Below are positions 34,600-46,800 of a stretch of 64,000 bases of DNA, one piece after another. Origin of the DNA: Eukaryota sp. TZLM1-RC (Eukaryota > Protista > Metamonada: BaSk clade); assembly GCA_040285825.1 (NCBI GenBank), contig JAUPSS010000011.1:628159-692158 (forward strand), given 5' to 3'. The stretch's first letter is position 1. Each line of letters begins with the position of its first letter. The notes below the pieces were generated by a model that did no database searches, was not told the DNA's origin, and saw only the letters and a list, made by a program, of their open reading frames with translations. Both the position numbers and the translations under genes were made by a program.

Positions 34600-35286
34600 T
34601 CAATCACCTTTTGAATCAATCAAATGCCAGCAGAGACGAACTCTTTTTAGATCTTGAACTGTATATTTGTGGTTGAAATACAATAATAAAAAAACAAACA
34701 AGTGTTCAAATATTGGAAAAACAAAAGCTCGGTATTTTGAGAAAATAAATCTTTCCCCAACAAGAAAAAACCCGGCAAAAGGAAGAATTGTTGCGTACAA
34801 AAGCCAATTAGTAACCAGCCTTCCCCAACCACAGAGACTATCTTTACAATGTCGAATTCTTAAACTTGTCAGAAAGCAGCATGTTGAACTACAAACAAAG
34901 AACATAGCAGTAGTGATCAAATGAAGAGTGGTATTGTGTTCGATAGCAGCAAGAGCTCCCAGTGTAAAACCTAAAAACAAAGTCAAGAAAAAGTCTAGGG
35001 TTGATATCGAGAGACCGAAGAGTTTTCGAAAGGAACGTTGAGGAATGATATAGCAAGTGAAGTGAATTAGTGTGGTGAAGAACCAAAAAATTCCAGAAAT
35101 TGCTAAAAATAATGAAAAAATGAATCGTTCAATCAATCCACCATGTCCAATTGCACTTAAAGTGGATAATAATGGCAAACCTCTTTGAAACAATCTTGTT
35201 AATAGATGTGGCATAATGCAAGCAATGACTGAAGTGTAGATGGCTATTATACAGACATAGTGTGCACTAATGTAATTATTTGACAT
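34600..35286 (-). CDS. Frag1/DRAM/Sfk1-like multi-pass membrane protein
   Basis: 'STLSAIG.G..ERFIF', 'LHLITTAMFF', 'IFEH'; about 6 TM segments. Confidence 0.6.
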   Translation of the reverse strand: MSNNYISAHYVCIIAIYTSVIACIMPHLLTRLFQRGLPLLSTLSAIGHGGLIERFIFSLFLAISGIFWFFTTLIHFTCYIIPQRSFRKLFGLSISTLDFFLTLFLGFTLGALAAIEHNTTLHLITTAMFFVCSSTCCFLTSLRIRHCKDSLCGWGRLVTNWLLYATILPFAGFFLVGERFIFSKYRAFVFPIFEHLFVFLLLYFNHKYTVQDLKRVRLCWHLIDSKGD

Positions 35287-35652
35287 GACAAGAAGAACGA
35301 ACGAGAGAAAGGACAGCTGAAATGATACTTTTTGTTGAAGGTTAGTAGATCAGTAGTAACAGCGATTTCAGTTGTCATGACTTGATTTAACCAAATCACT
35401 TCATATGGTTGAAAGGGTAGACAAACTTGGTAATTGAAACAGGTTAAAAAATAGAACATACACATGAACAGCCAGGTTCACCTACATCAATGTCAATTGA
35501 AAAGACTAATAGTGTCTTGGTAGTTGAACTAAACCAATAAGGAGGGACATGAAACCTGTAATGACATCTGTTGCTCTTTATTTTGTAAACATTTTAGTTT
35601 GAGATTAAAAAATAAAATAGCAATAACATTTATTCCTCCTTGATTCTCCTCC

Positions 35653-38600
35653 ATGAACTCTTCGCTTCCAGATCTCTGTTCTCAGGTACGTTGTTTGTGC
35701 CATGAATTGTGGAAAACCTCGTCACCATCTAGAGCTGATTTTGATTACACTACAACTACTCCACTACGATTTAATTCTTTAGCCCAACTACAAACTCCCC
35801 CGTTCAGCAGAAGCCCTTCTAAAGCCACTCTGAGTCGTTACAACTCTCGTTCATCTTTCAAATCTTCACAACCTCATGCCTACATCCCAGTCAACAGTGC
35901 CAGCGTTTCTTGTCCTCAACGTGATACACATCTCTCTATAGGTCTTAATGAAACCAACAGTTCTCCTATCATTTTATCTTCTGCATTGAATTCTTCTATT
36001 GTACCATCTTTACGTATTAAATCCAAACCCCCGTCGAACCCTCTACTGAGAAACAAAAGAAGATTTATCAAAAGCTCAATGAACGAAAATGACTGTTTGA
36101 ATTTGTTTTCTTGCTTGGCTTCTGAATCCAGCTTTTCTATGATTTCAAGGAACTTTTACCTAAGAGCAGGTTGCGAAGAAGTAAAGACTCCTAGAGAGGG
36201 AGAAGGTGGATCTAGTGATGAATTGTCTAGCGATTTCAGTAACCTAAAACTTGATTACGATCATTTTTCTCTTTTTGATTTCGAGCTTTATTCAAACTTT
36301 AGCATTCCCAAACTATTATTTGATTTAGTGTTAGACCTCAAACAATCACTTTATGATAATCAATCAAATTTTGATTGGTTCGATCTTTCTGTCATCAATT
36401 CCCTCACTGATATAGCAATTTCGCTTGTTTTGTTTTTTTTATTGAAAAAATTAGACTATTCGTACTTGATGGATTTTGTTGATGCCCTTTCTTTTTTTAC
36501 TCGGTTTGGGTCATTACGAGTAGCATTAACGGAAAGAATTGTTTTTAGTTTTCATCTATTCAATGAAAAAATTCAAATGTTTAGTTGTTTGGTGCTTTTA
36601 TTGTTTTTTGAGTCGCCGTTTTCCGTCAATATTAAGATTTTAACTTTGGGTAAAAATTTCAAGAGGTCTGCTTTGATTGATCTATTTATACTAATCTTAT
36701 TCAGAAATGAAAATTTAAAAAATTCGGACTATTTGAATCTTGTTGGTGATTTTTTTGGCGGTTCTGAATTTCTTATAAAGTTTTCCACTGAAATTTTGTT
36801 AGAAAAACATTCATTTTTCAGCCAACTCAATTCAATTATGGATCATTTTAGAACAGACTTCTGGACGTTGGTCAAACAAAGTTTTTGGTTTTTGATTGAT
36901 GTATCCTATCATTCAGTCCAGAATTCTGAAGATCGACCTTCTCTCTGTGATCTTTTGACCTTTATTTTCAAAACTGACAGCATTACTTGCAAATCCAAGA
37001 AAATTGAACTTTTAGGATTGATGTCGATGAATTTTCTTCAGGTAACAACTCAGTCCCAGTTGCTTTTATACCAAATTTGTAAGGATTTTGCCAAAGATTT
37101 AACAAAAGACCCAATTTCAGATCAGGTTACCATTTCCTTCTTTATGCATTTGTCCCAGGCGGTGTTGCTGAATCGTCAGTTGTTTTCAGAGTTCTTGAGA
37201 CTGTTAGCAAATTCCGGATTAATTTCTGTAATTTTGGTTTCCTTAATGAATCTAACTGCTACATCAATCAATCAATCTTCAGTTTCCTTCAATAAGAGTG
37301 AGAGTGATTCTTTCGACGAAGAGCACTCTTTTGCTGATTATTACGATTATTGTTCTTCTTCAGATGGGATTCCATTCAGTCCGCCTGAAACTCCCCCAGA
37401 TATAGTAAACAAGCTCAGACTTGGAAGTGATCCAGAAATCAATCATTTTGATCTTAATGACGTTACTTCTGAGGTCATTATTGAACCTGTTCCTAAGCAT
37501 GATTCCACATTAACGTGTTTTGCCCTTCTTTTAGTTTTTGCAATAGATTTTGATTTCAATCTTTCAGTTTTTGATTTGGCATTTTGCTATCTATATAATC
37601 TTGAACAGAAGTTTCATTGTCAACTAAGACAGATTGTCAGCAGCTTATCTTTAGATTATTCGAAAAGAACTTTCTTGTTAAAGTTCATTTCACAAAAGCG
37701 AAACTTGTTCTTGACAAAGTCCTGGCTTAGCAGCGGTACTTTTGGTCGAGTTTCTGAGGTGATTGGTTACAATTTGTTTCAAAATAATGTAGTTGTGAAG
37801 GAAATTAGTTGGGATGCTAAAGGTTTAGATCTTTCAAGTTCTCTGAGTGAGATTTTTTTACAGTCGCTTGTCTATAAAAAGAGTAAAGTTCCAGTAACTT
37901 CCAGAATTTACAATTTTGGTTTTGATCAACATGGTATCTGGATATTGATGGAAAAAGGAATATCTCTAGATTGTTTTAGAAAGAGTCTTGGGTTCTCCAT
38001 CGATGACGTTACATCTCAATCTTTTTTGACTTTCACTTTTGACTTTTTCAGAAAACTGGCAGTTGTTCTGAAGACTTTGGATAGTTTAAGCATTGCACAT
38101 TGCGATGTCAAACTTTCCAACATTCTGGTACTTCCTAATTCTCAATCATATGACGTTATTTTGATTGATTTTGGGGAGGCTAGGTTAGAGACTCACAGTC
38201 CCTCATTAGATAGAACTTTACCCACTGATAGAGAACGTGGAACACAGTACATAAAGGGACCAGAAGTCATGAGAAGTCAAGGTGTTCAACGACAGTCAAT
38301 CACGTTTTCTACCGACGTTTGGGCTTTTGGCATTGCTTTAATTGAATTTGTCACAGGCAGACCCCCTGAAATTGATCATTCTCAAGACATTGGTAAAAAT
38401 CGAGTGAAATTCAATGAATTTTTTCCATCAGGTACTCCCAACCAAATTATTAGTCTTGCTGATTTTGTTTTGCATTCAAATCCACATCACCGACCTCATC
38501 CAAATCAAATTGTTGAATTTATTGATAACTTAAACATCCCACCTGTTGAATTTAATCCGTGCGTTCTAAACCAAAAAGATTTAGTTCTAGATTCAACGGA

Positions 38601-39063
38601 GAAAAATGGTTTAAGGCTTGATTGTTGTTCCTTCTGTAAGTGTCAAGTAATCAATGTTTGCAAACAAAAGTTGACTGTGACAGTTTCCTCACTTGGTACT
38701 TTGCATTTGGTGCAAAATTCTTCTATTTTGTTCTATACTGCAGATGTTGATGACGTTTGTTGTAATACTTTTCCGTCAATGTTTAAACTTAATTCGATTG
38801 AAGATTTTTCCACCGTTGATATGGATAAGGTTAGTGCTGACCTTGAATTATTGGACAGTTTTTTGTTAGGCAATCCTTCGTCTTCATTTTGCTTTTTATC
38901 ACCTGAAGGGACGGGTTTTTCTGTTTTCTTCTCTATTTACTGTCTTCTAAAGCTTGGCTATTGTGACAACATTGGGGATATGCTTGAAGAAATGTCCCGC
39001 CATAAACCTTGCCTAACGTTGTATCAAATTCCAAATACTCTTTTAAGCATTTTGGTTAATTAA
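35653..39063 (+). CDS. Ser/Thr protein kinase with long N-terminal region and degenerate phosphatase-like C-terminus
   Basis: 'LSSGTFGRV', 'VVVKE', 'HCDVKLSNIL', 'DFG', 'GT..IKGPE', 'DVWAFG', 'HRP'. Confidence 0.92.
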   Translation: MNSSLPDLCSQVRCLCHELWKTSSPSRADFDYTTTTPLRFNSLAQLQTPPFSRSPSKATLSRYNSRSSFKSSQPHAYIPVNSASVSCPQRDTHLSIGLNETNSSPIILSSALNSSIVPSLRIKSKPPSNPLLRNKRRFIKSSMNENDCLNLFSCLASESSFSMISRNFYLRAGCEEVKTPREGEGGSSDELSSDFSNLKLDYDHFSLFDFELYSNFSIPKLLFDLVLDLKQSLYDNQSNFDWFDLSVINSLTDIAISLVLFFLLKKLDYSYLMDFVDALSFFTRFGSLRVALTERIVFSFHLFNEKIQMFSCLVLLLFFESPFSVNIKILTLGKNFKRSALIDLFILILFRNENLKNSDYLNLVGDFFGGSEFLIKFSTEILLEKHSFFSQLNSIMDHFRTDFWTLVKQSFWFLIDVSYHSVQNSEDRPSLCDLLTFIFKTDSITCKSKKIELLGLMSMNFLQVTTQSQLLLYQICKDFAKDLTKDPISDQVTISFFMHLSQAVLLNRQLFSEFLRLLANSGLISVILVSLMNLTATSINQSSVSFNKSESDSFDEEHSFADYYDYCSSSDGIPFSPPETPPDIVNKLRLGSDPEINHFDLNDVTSEVIIEPVPKHDSTLTCFALLLVFAIDFDFNLSVFDLAFCYLYNLEQKFHCQLRQIVSSLSLDYSKRTFLLKFISQKRNLFLTKSWLSSGTFGRVSEVIGYNLFQNNVVVKEISWDAKGLDLSSSLSEIFLQSLVYKKSKVPVTSRIYNFGFDQHGIWILMEKGISLDCFRKSLGFSIDDVTSQSFLTFTFDFFRKLAVVLKTLDSLSIAHCDVKLSNILVLPNSQSYDVILIDFGEARLETHSPSLDRTLPTDRERGTQYIKGPEVMRSQGVQRQSITFSTDVWAFGIALIEFVTGRPPEIDHSQDIGKNRVKFNEFFPSGTPNQIISLADFVLHSNPHHRPHPNQIVEFIDNLNIPPVEFNPCVLNQKDLVLDSTEKNGLRLDCCSFCKCQVINVCKQKLTVTVSSLGTLHLVQNSSILFYTADVDDVCCNTFPSMFKLNSIEDFSTVDMDKVSADLELLDSFLLGNPSSSFCFLSPEGTGFSVFFSIYCLLKLGYCDNIGDMLEEMSRHKPCLTLYQIPNTLLSILVN

Positions 39064-39791
39064 ATGTTGTTGTTTTATCAGTTGAGGTTTTCTGTGTCGT
39101 AGTCTGATATACAGAGGTTGATTTTGATTGTTCTGATTTTGTCTTATTTAATTGTATGGTGGTTCAAATTTAAAAGTTGACTTTGTAATATATTAATATT
39201 TCCAACACCAGTACTGTTTTATTTAATCCTCAGAAAATCAAATTATATATCAGTTAATTCTGTTTTTGAACATCTACGGAGATTTGGTTATTAAATTCCA
39301 TCAATTTCTTTTTGTGATATAAACCAACTATGACTAGCTTTTAGTCACCACACAGCCAGTAATCAAATACATCCAACATATTCAGACAACCCATTTCGTT
39401 ACTATTCCAATACTTTGCATTCATTACATCTCTATATTGGGACCGTTTGCGTCTTGATTTAAATTATTTATACAAACGGTTTTACATACAACAAAAACAA
39501 AAAACCCATAAGGCGCTTCCAGTGGTGATTTTCAGCACACTTTGGGTTTTTCTTTGCTCTTATCTTTGTTCCATATGCCTTTTCAATGAAGGCTCTTTGT
39601 GTTGGGATAGGTATGAGATTACTGAGTTTTTTACAACTCAAATCACTATTGCCCAACACAACTTTGTCTTTACCACCTTATTTTGTCATGGAATTCTTGA
39701 CAAGTCTTGCTTAATCTACAGAGTAAAGAACAATTTGAGTAAGGTTTTATTATGTTAGTGAAATTATTTTTTTGGAAAAATGGACATTGTA

Positions 39792-39860
39792 TTGACATTG
39801 GTTTGCTAACTTAATTAATCCTGTTACTTTACATCAGGTTTCCTGTTTCAGGATTAAGGA
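39792..39860 (+). pseudogene. Rearranged 28S rDNA fragment
   Basis: 39792-39821 = 59671-59700 (30/30); 39835-39850 = 59705-59720; 39851-39860 resembles 59747-59757. Confidence 0.85.
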
Positions 39861-40807
39861 TATGGAGTGTATGATTTTAGTGTATGATGTCATGCCACAT
39901 TTACACTTATGGTCATGTCATTGCTTGGAGATTAATTACATCATTTGTCAATCTTTTGCAACATTTACATCAATCTATACAAGATTAATTGCCATTGAAA
40001 AAATCAAAACTGAGTGCGCATTTTACAATTCAAGCTTCCAAGTTCTTAAATAGTACCACTTGTCTTTCATGACATTTGGTGTGTATTCAAACAATGTTGG
40101 ATGAGGTCTTACAATGATAAACAAATATTGTTTTTTTAATCAACATAAATTCAATGTATATCCAAGAAACAATTTTAAAGCTAAAACTATGGGGCTCTTT
40201 TTTCCATTTGAAAAACTCCATTTATGAGGAAAAACTCGACACTTGACAACAAACCTTTAAATTGTAATTTACATATAAGTTGCTTCACACACCTTTGTAT
40301 GATATTGTTTCTTCACACTTCTTGTGAAAACGTGCCTATGCATATTTGATACAATGCAGGTTTTATACATGAGTGAATGATTCATGTCTTCTGCTGTAAT
40401 AGCAATCCTGAAGACAATGGTGTAAGCAGTAAAGATGATGTATGTATTGAAAAGAATAATATACAGGAAAAGTGTATTACGAAAGAATCTACATCAAGAA
40501 AAGCGTACAGCGGTGTAGACATCAAGCCAATCAATGAACAATTGACATCAAAAGATTGATTGAGTCAAACGAAACCCTTGAGAGACCCTATAGGTACAAA
40601 GGTTTGCGGTATACAAATGTAGAATGCGCTAGGCAAGTCTGCTGTGGAAGAAATCGTATTGTCTACTTTTGTACCTCCAATAATCATGACACTAAGGATA
40701 TGTAGTGTTTGATGTTACTTACTCATCTTAAAGTTGAGTAACCAAAGAAGAAAGACCACAGAATGTCGCTCAGGCTGGAAAACAAGATTTTTGGTGTGGT
40801 TCCAATG

Positions 40808-43800
40808 TATTAGATGTGATCAACTTGTGATTAAACTTTGTGTGAAATTGTGTGTGAGTAATGTTGGCTATGTGTTACAAACAGATCAGTACAAACTCAT
40901 GATTACATTTTCAATTGATTTTGTATATATTTGAATTAATTGAGTTTATTCATTTTTAAACATTAAATTGTAAAAATAGTAAAAAATCAAAAAGTATACA
41001 ATTGAATGTTGCAAACTAATAAAACCATTGCTGTAAGTGTAAGAGTATCGTTTTTGATACGATTTACTGAGGCTCATATGAAGTTCCTAGTTTCGTATAT
41101 TGACCAATGGTTGTTTATTACAATCATTGGTCACATCTTTAAAGTCCATTTTGGGACAATTAATATAACAATTGTGGTGTTAAAGTCCGTGCTATGATCA
41201 TTTGAGTAGTCATTGGTGTGATTGGTTGAATGGTCATTGGTGTGATTAGGTGAGTTGCATGTAGTCCTTATGTACTAGATGTGATCAACTTGTGATCAAA
41301 CTTTGTGTGAAATTGTGTGTGAATAATGTTGGCTATGTGTTCAGTACAAACTCATGATTACATTTTCAATTGATTTTGTATATATTTGAATTAATTGAGT
41401 TTATTAATTTTTAAACATTAAATTGTAAAAATAGTAAAAAAATCAAAAAGTATACAATTGAATGTTGCAAACTAATAAAACCATTGCTGTAAGTGTAAGA
41501 GTATCGTTTTTGATACGATTTACTGAGGCTCATATGAAGTTCCTAGTTTCGTATATTGACCAATGGTTGTTTATTACAATCATTGGTCAAATCTTTAAAG
41601 TCCATTTTGGAACAATTAATATAACAATTGTGGTGTTAAAGTCCGTGCTATGGTCATTTGAGTAGTCATTGGTATGATTGGTTGAATGGTCATTGGTATG
41701 ATTTGGTGAGTTGCATGTAGTCCTTATGTACTAGATGTGATCAACTTGTGATCAAACTTTGTGTGAAATTGTGTGTGAGTAATGTTGGCTATGTGTTACT
41801 TGATCAGTACAAACTCATGATTACATTTTCAATTGATTTTGTACATATTTGAATTAATTGAGTTTATTAATTTTTAAACATTAAATTGTAAAAATAGTAA
41901 AAAATCAAAAAGTATACAATTGAATGTTGCAAACTAATAAAACCATTGCTTTAAGTGTAAGAGTATCGTTTTTGATACGATTTACTGAGGCTCATATGAA
42001 GTTCCTAGTTTCGTATATTGACCAATGGTTGTTTATTACAATCATTGGTCAAATCTTTAACGTCCATTTTGGGACAATTAATATAACAATTGTGGTGTTA
42101 AAGTCCGTGCTATGGTCATTTGAGTAGTCAATGGTATGATGGGTTGAATGGTCATTGGTATGATTTGGTGAGTTGCATGTAGTCCTTATGTACTAGATGT
42201 GATCAACTTGTGATCAAACTTTGTGTGAAATTGTGTGTGAGTAATGTTGGCTATGTGTTGATCAGTACAAACTCATGATTACATTTTCAATTGATTTTGT
42301 ATATATTTGAATTAATGGAGTTTATTAATTTGTAAACATTAAATTGTAAAAATAGTAAAAAATCAAAAAGTATACAATTGAATGTTGCAAACTAATAAAA
42401 CCATTGCTGTAAGTGTAAGAGTATCGTTTTTGATACGATTTACTGAGGCTCATATGAAGTTCCTAGTTTCGTATATTGACCAATGGTTGTTTATTACAAT
42501 CATTGGTCAAATCTTTAAAGTCCATTTTGGGACAATTAATATAACAATTGTGGTGTTAAAGTGCTTGCTATGGTCATTTGAGTAGTCATTGGTTTGATTG
42601 GTTGAATGGTCATTGGTGTGATTTGGTGAGTTGCATGTAGTCTTTATGTACTAGATGTGATCAACTTGTGATCAAACTTTGTGTGAAATTGTGTGTGAGT
42701 AATGTTGGCTATGTGTTACTTGATCAGTACAAACTCATGATTACATTTTCAAATGATTTTGTATATATTTGAATTAATTGAGTGTATTAATTTTTAAACA
42801 TTAAATTGTAAAAAAAGTAAAAAATCAAAAAGTATACAATTGAATGTTGTAAACTAATAAAACAATTGCTGTAAGTGTAAGAGTATCGTTTTTGATACGA
42901 TTTACTGAGGCTCATATGAAGTTCCTAGTTTCGTATATTGACCAATGGTTGTTTATTACAATCATTGGTCAAATCTTTAAAGTCCATTTTGGGACAATTA
43001 ATATAACAATTGTGGTGTTAAAGTCCATGCTATGGTCATTTGAGTAGTCATTGGTATGATTGGTTGAATGGTCATTGGTATGATTTGGTGAGTTGCATGT
43101 AGTCCTTATGTACTAGATGTGATCAACTTGTGATCAAACTTTGTGTGAAATTGTGTGTGAGTAATGTTGGCTATGTGTTACTTGATCAGTACAAACTCAT
43201 GATTACATTTTCAATTGATTTTGTATATATTTGAATAAATTGAGTGTATTAATTTTTAAACATTAAATTGTAAAAAAAGTAAAAAATCAAAAAGTATACA
43301 ATTGAATGTTGTAAACTAATAAAACAATTGCTGTAAGTGTAAGAGTATCGTTTTTGATACGATTTACTGAGGCTCATATGAAGTTCCTAGTTTCGTATAT
43401 TGACCAATGGTTGTTTATTACAATCATTGGTCAAATCTTTAAAGTCCATTTTGGAACAATTAATATAACAATTGTGGTGTTAAAGTCCTTGCTATGGTCA
43501 TTTGAGTAGTCATTGGTTTGATTGGTTGAATGGTCATTGGTGTGATTTGGTGAGTTGCATGATGTAGTCCTTATGTACTAGATGTGATCAACTTGTGATC
43601 AAACTTTGTGTGAAATTGTGTGTGAGTAATGTTGGCTATGTGTTACTTGATCAGTACAAACTCATGATTACATTTTCAAATGATTTTGTATATATTTGAA
43701 TTAATTGAGTGTATTAATTTTTAAACATTAAATTGTAAAAAAAGTAAAAAATCAAAAAGTATACAATTGAATGTTGTAAACTAATAAAACAATTGCTGTA

Positions 43801-46800
43801 AGTGTAAGAGTATCGTTTTTGATACGATTTACTGAGGCTCATATGAAGTTCCTAGTTTCGTATATTGACCAATGGTTGTTTATTACAATCATTGGTCAAA
43901 TCTTTAAAGTCCATTTTGGGACAATTAATATAACAATTGTGGTGTTAAAGTCCTTGCTATGGTCATTTGAGTAGTCATTGGTTTGATTGGTTGAATGGTC
44001 ATTGGTGTGATTTGGTGAGTTGCATGATGTAGTCCTTATGTACTAGATGTGATCAACTTGTGATCAAACTTTGTGTGAAATTGTGTGTGAGTAATGTTGG
44101 CTATGTGTTACTTGATCAGTACAAACTCATGATTACATTTTCAAATGATTTTGTATATATTTGAATTAATTGAGTGTATTAATTTTTAAACATTAAATTG
44201 TAAAAAAAGTAAAAAATCAAAAGTATACAATTGAATGTTGTAAACTAATAAAACAATTGCTGTAAGTGTAAGAGTATCGTTTTTGATACGATTTACTGAG
44301 GCTCATATGAAGTTCCTAGTTTCGTATATTGACCAATGGTTGTTTATTACAATCATTGGTCAAATCTTTAAAGTCCATTTTGGGACAATTAATATAACAA
44401 TTGTGGTGTTAAAGTCCGTGCTATGGTCATTTGATTAGTCATTGGTATGATTGGTTGAATGGTCATTGGTGTGATGAGGTGAGTTGCATGATGTAGTCCT
44501 TATGTACTAGATGTGATCAACTTGTAATCAAACTTTGTGTGAAATTGTGTGTGAGTAATGTTGGCTATGTGTTACTTGATCAGTACAAACTCATGATTAC
44601 ATTTTCAAATGATTTTGTATATATTTGAATTAATTGAGTGTATTAATTTTTAAACATTAAATTGTAAAACAAATAGCAACTTTTATTCAACAGCGTTATG
44701 AAGATATTGGTCTCTCATTGAATATCTCCAAATGTTTGATTATTGGCCATGAACCAATTGATTTTTTCATTAATGATGTAAATGTCCCCTTTATCAATTA
44801 TGATCAGTCTGGTTTTCGTTTTTTGGGTTGTTATCTCGGAAATATTGATGAAGTGAAAAGCCAACTTTCGACTCTGTTGACTCAATTTGGAAATGAATTA
44901 GAATCAATAGAAAATTTAAATATTGAGAAACATTTGAAATTCTTTTCCTCAAAATCTGTTATTCTGGAAAATTTACTCATATTTTGAGATCAACATCACC
45001 ATCAATTTCCTTGGAGTTCTGTCGCATTTTTAATGAACAAAGAACTAATTTTTTAGCAAAATTATTGGAAATTGATGCATCTCAGTTACGAAGCCACATT
45101 TTTGTGGTACAAATTTTGGTGGTGTTGATTTTCATAAGTCAAGCTACCTTTGTAAAGCTGCCTTTATTGGAGGTGGAAAGAATTTTATTTATGAATTTGT
45201 GAATCGTTTTCCTGAAAAAATTCATCTCATTGAAAATTGTAGCAGCTCCTATCTTATTTCTTTGCAACAGGAAATTGAAACTCTTTCACCCAATATTTGG
45301 GCTAAATGTTTCCCCTCTGATATTGTGGAACTTCCTTCAAGAAGCTTGCTCTCCTTACCATTGACTTTTGCAAAATTGCAGAAAAAATTTTGAAAGTTTT
45401 AGAAAACTTGGATTATATTGTACGTCTTAGCTTGGCTAAGGAAAAATCCCGTTTTTTGCAAACTTTTTGATTGATCTTGAAGACAGTTGCTCAAGTTGCT
45501 TAATCTCCCAAATTCCCAACATTTACGGCCTTCTACTTAATGATCACCAATGGACCACTGCAATGAGATTGAGATGTTTTCTATGGCCTTGCTCATTGCC
45601 AAATGATTTAATTTGTCGCTGCAAGAGTGTTGTTACGCTTTCCCATATTTTAAACTGTAAGTATTTCATAACTTATCGCTCACTTGTTCATGACTCAGTT
45701 CGTGATCAATTATATGCCATGTGCAAAAAGTTTCAATATAGAGGCATTTATTGAGCCACTAGTACGTAAGCTGTCTTCAGATCAAACTGATGATTCCTTT
45801 GGTAAAAGAAGGGCAGATTTAGTAGCTCCAGGGATCGATGGTGTTCTCAATGTTGTAGACGTTGTCTCAGTGGATGTTTGCAAAAATTCTGCTGCTCGTT
45901 TAGTGTATTCCGCTGACTCGCCGTTATCTAACGCCGAAAAAAAGAAGATAAAAAATATGAAGAACCTTTGGCACAGTTAGGTAGAGTGGAACATGTGAAA
46001 TATCAGTTTGTGCCGTTTGCAATTTCTCTTTTTGGCAATATTGGACCTTCAGGCTTGCACTTTTTGGAAAATTTTAAAAAAGTGTTACTGAATAGGTCTG
46101 GTAAAACAATGAACTCCACTTTCTGGTTAAATAGAATTGTTTTTTGCATTTTCAAGTCTATTCCAACAATGATTTCAAAGGCACTTTTAGCTATTGGTGT
46201 AGAATATGAACGTAATGCTGTGAGTAGGTTCAGTAATAGTGACGCTTGTTTGGAGGATATTGAATTCTAGATGGTTATTTTTATCTCAATAAATATTCCA
46301 GTTTTTTTTTAAAAAAAAAATTGTAAAAAAAGTAAAAAATCAAAAAGTATACAATTGAATGTTGTAAACTAATAAAACAATTGCTGTAAGTGTAAGAGTA
46401 TCGTTTTTGATACGATTTACTGAGGCTCATATGAAGTTCCTAGTTTCGTATATTGACCAATGGTTGTTTATTACAATCATTGGTCAAATCTTTAAAGTCC
46501 ATTTTGGGACAATTAATATAACAATTGTGGTGTTAAAGTCCTTGCTATGGTCATTTGAGTAGTCATTGGTTTGATTGGTTGAATGGTCATTGGTGTGATT
46601 TGGTGAGTTGCATGATGTAGTCCTTATGTACTAGATGTGATCAACTTGTGATCAAACTTTGTGTGAAATTGTGTGTGAGTAATGTTGGCTATGTGTTACT
46701 TGATCAGTACAAACTCATGATTACATTTTCAAATGATTTTGTATATATTTGAATTAATTGAGTGTATTAATTTTTAAACATTAAATTGTAAAAAAAGTAA

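Noticed and set aside
39100-40800. Short ORFs or a transposase relic before the array
   Set aside because: Only scattered Cys/His words amid many stops; not supportable.
40808-41300. 5S or spliced-leader RNA gene in the repeat unit, suggested by the CRE-like insertion
   Set aside because: No 5S box A/C or convincing SL/Sm-site structure was recognisable by eye; an Rfam scan would be needed to exclude it fully.
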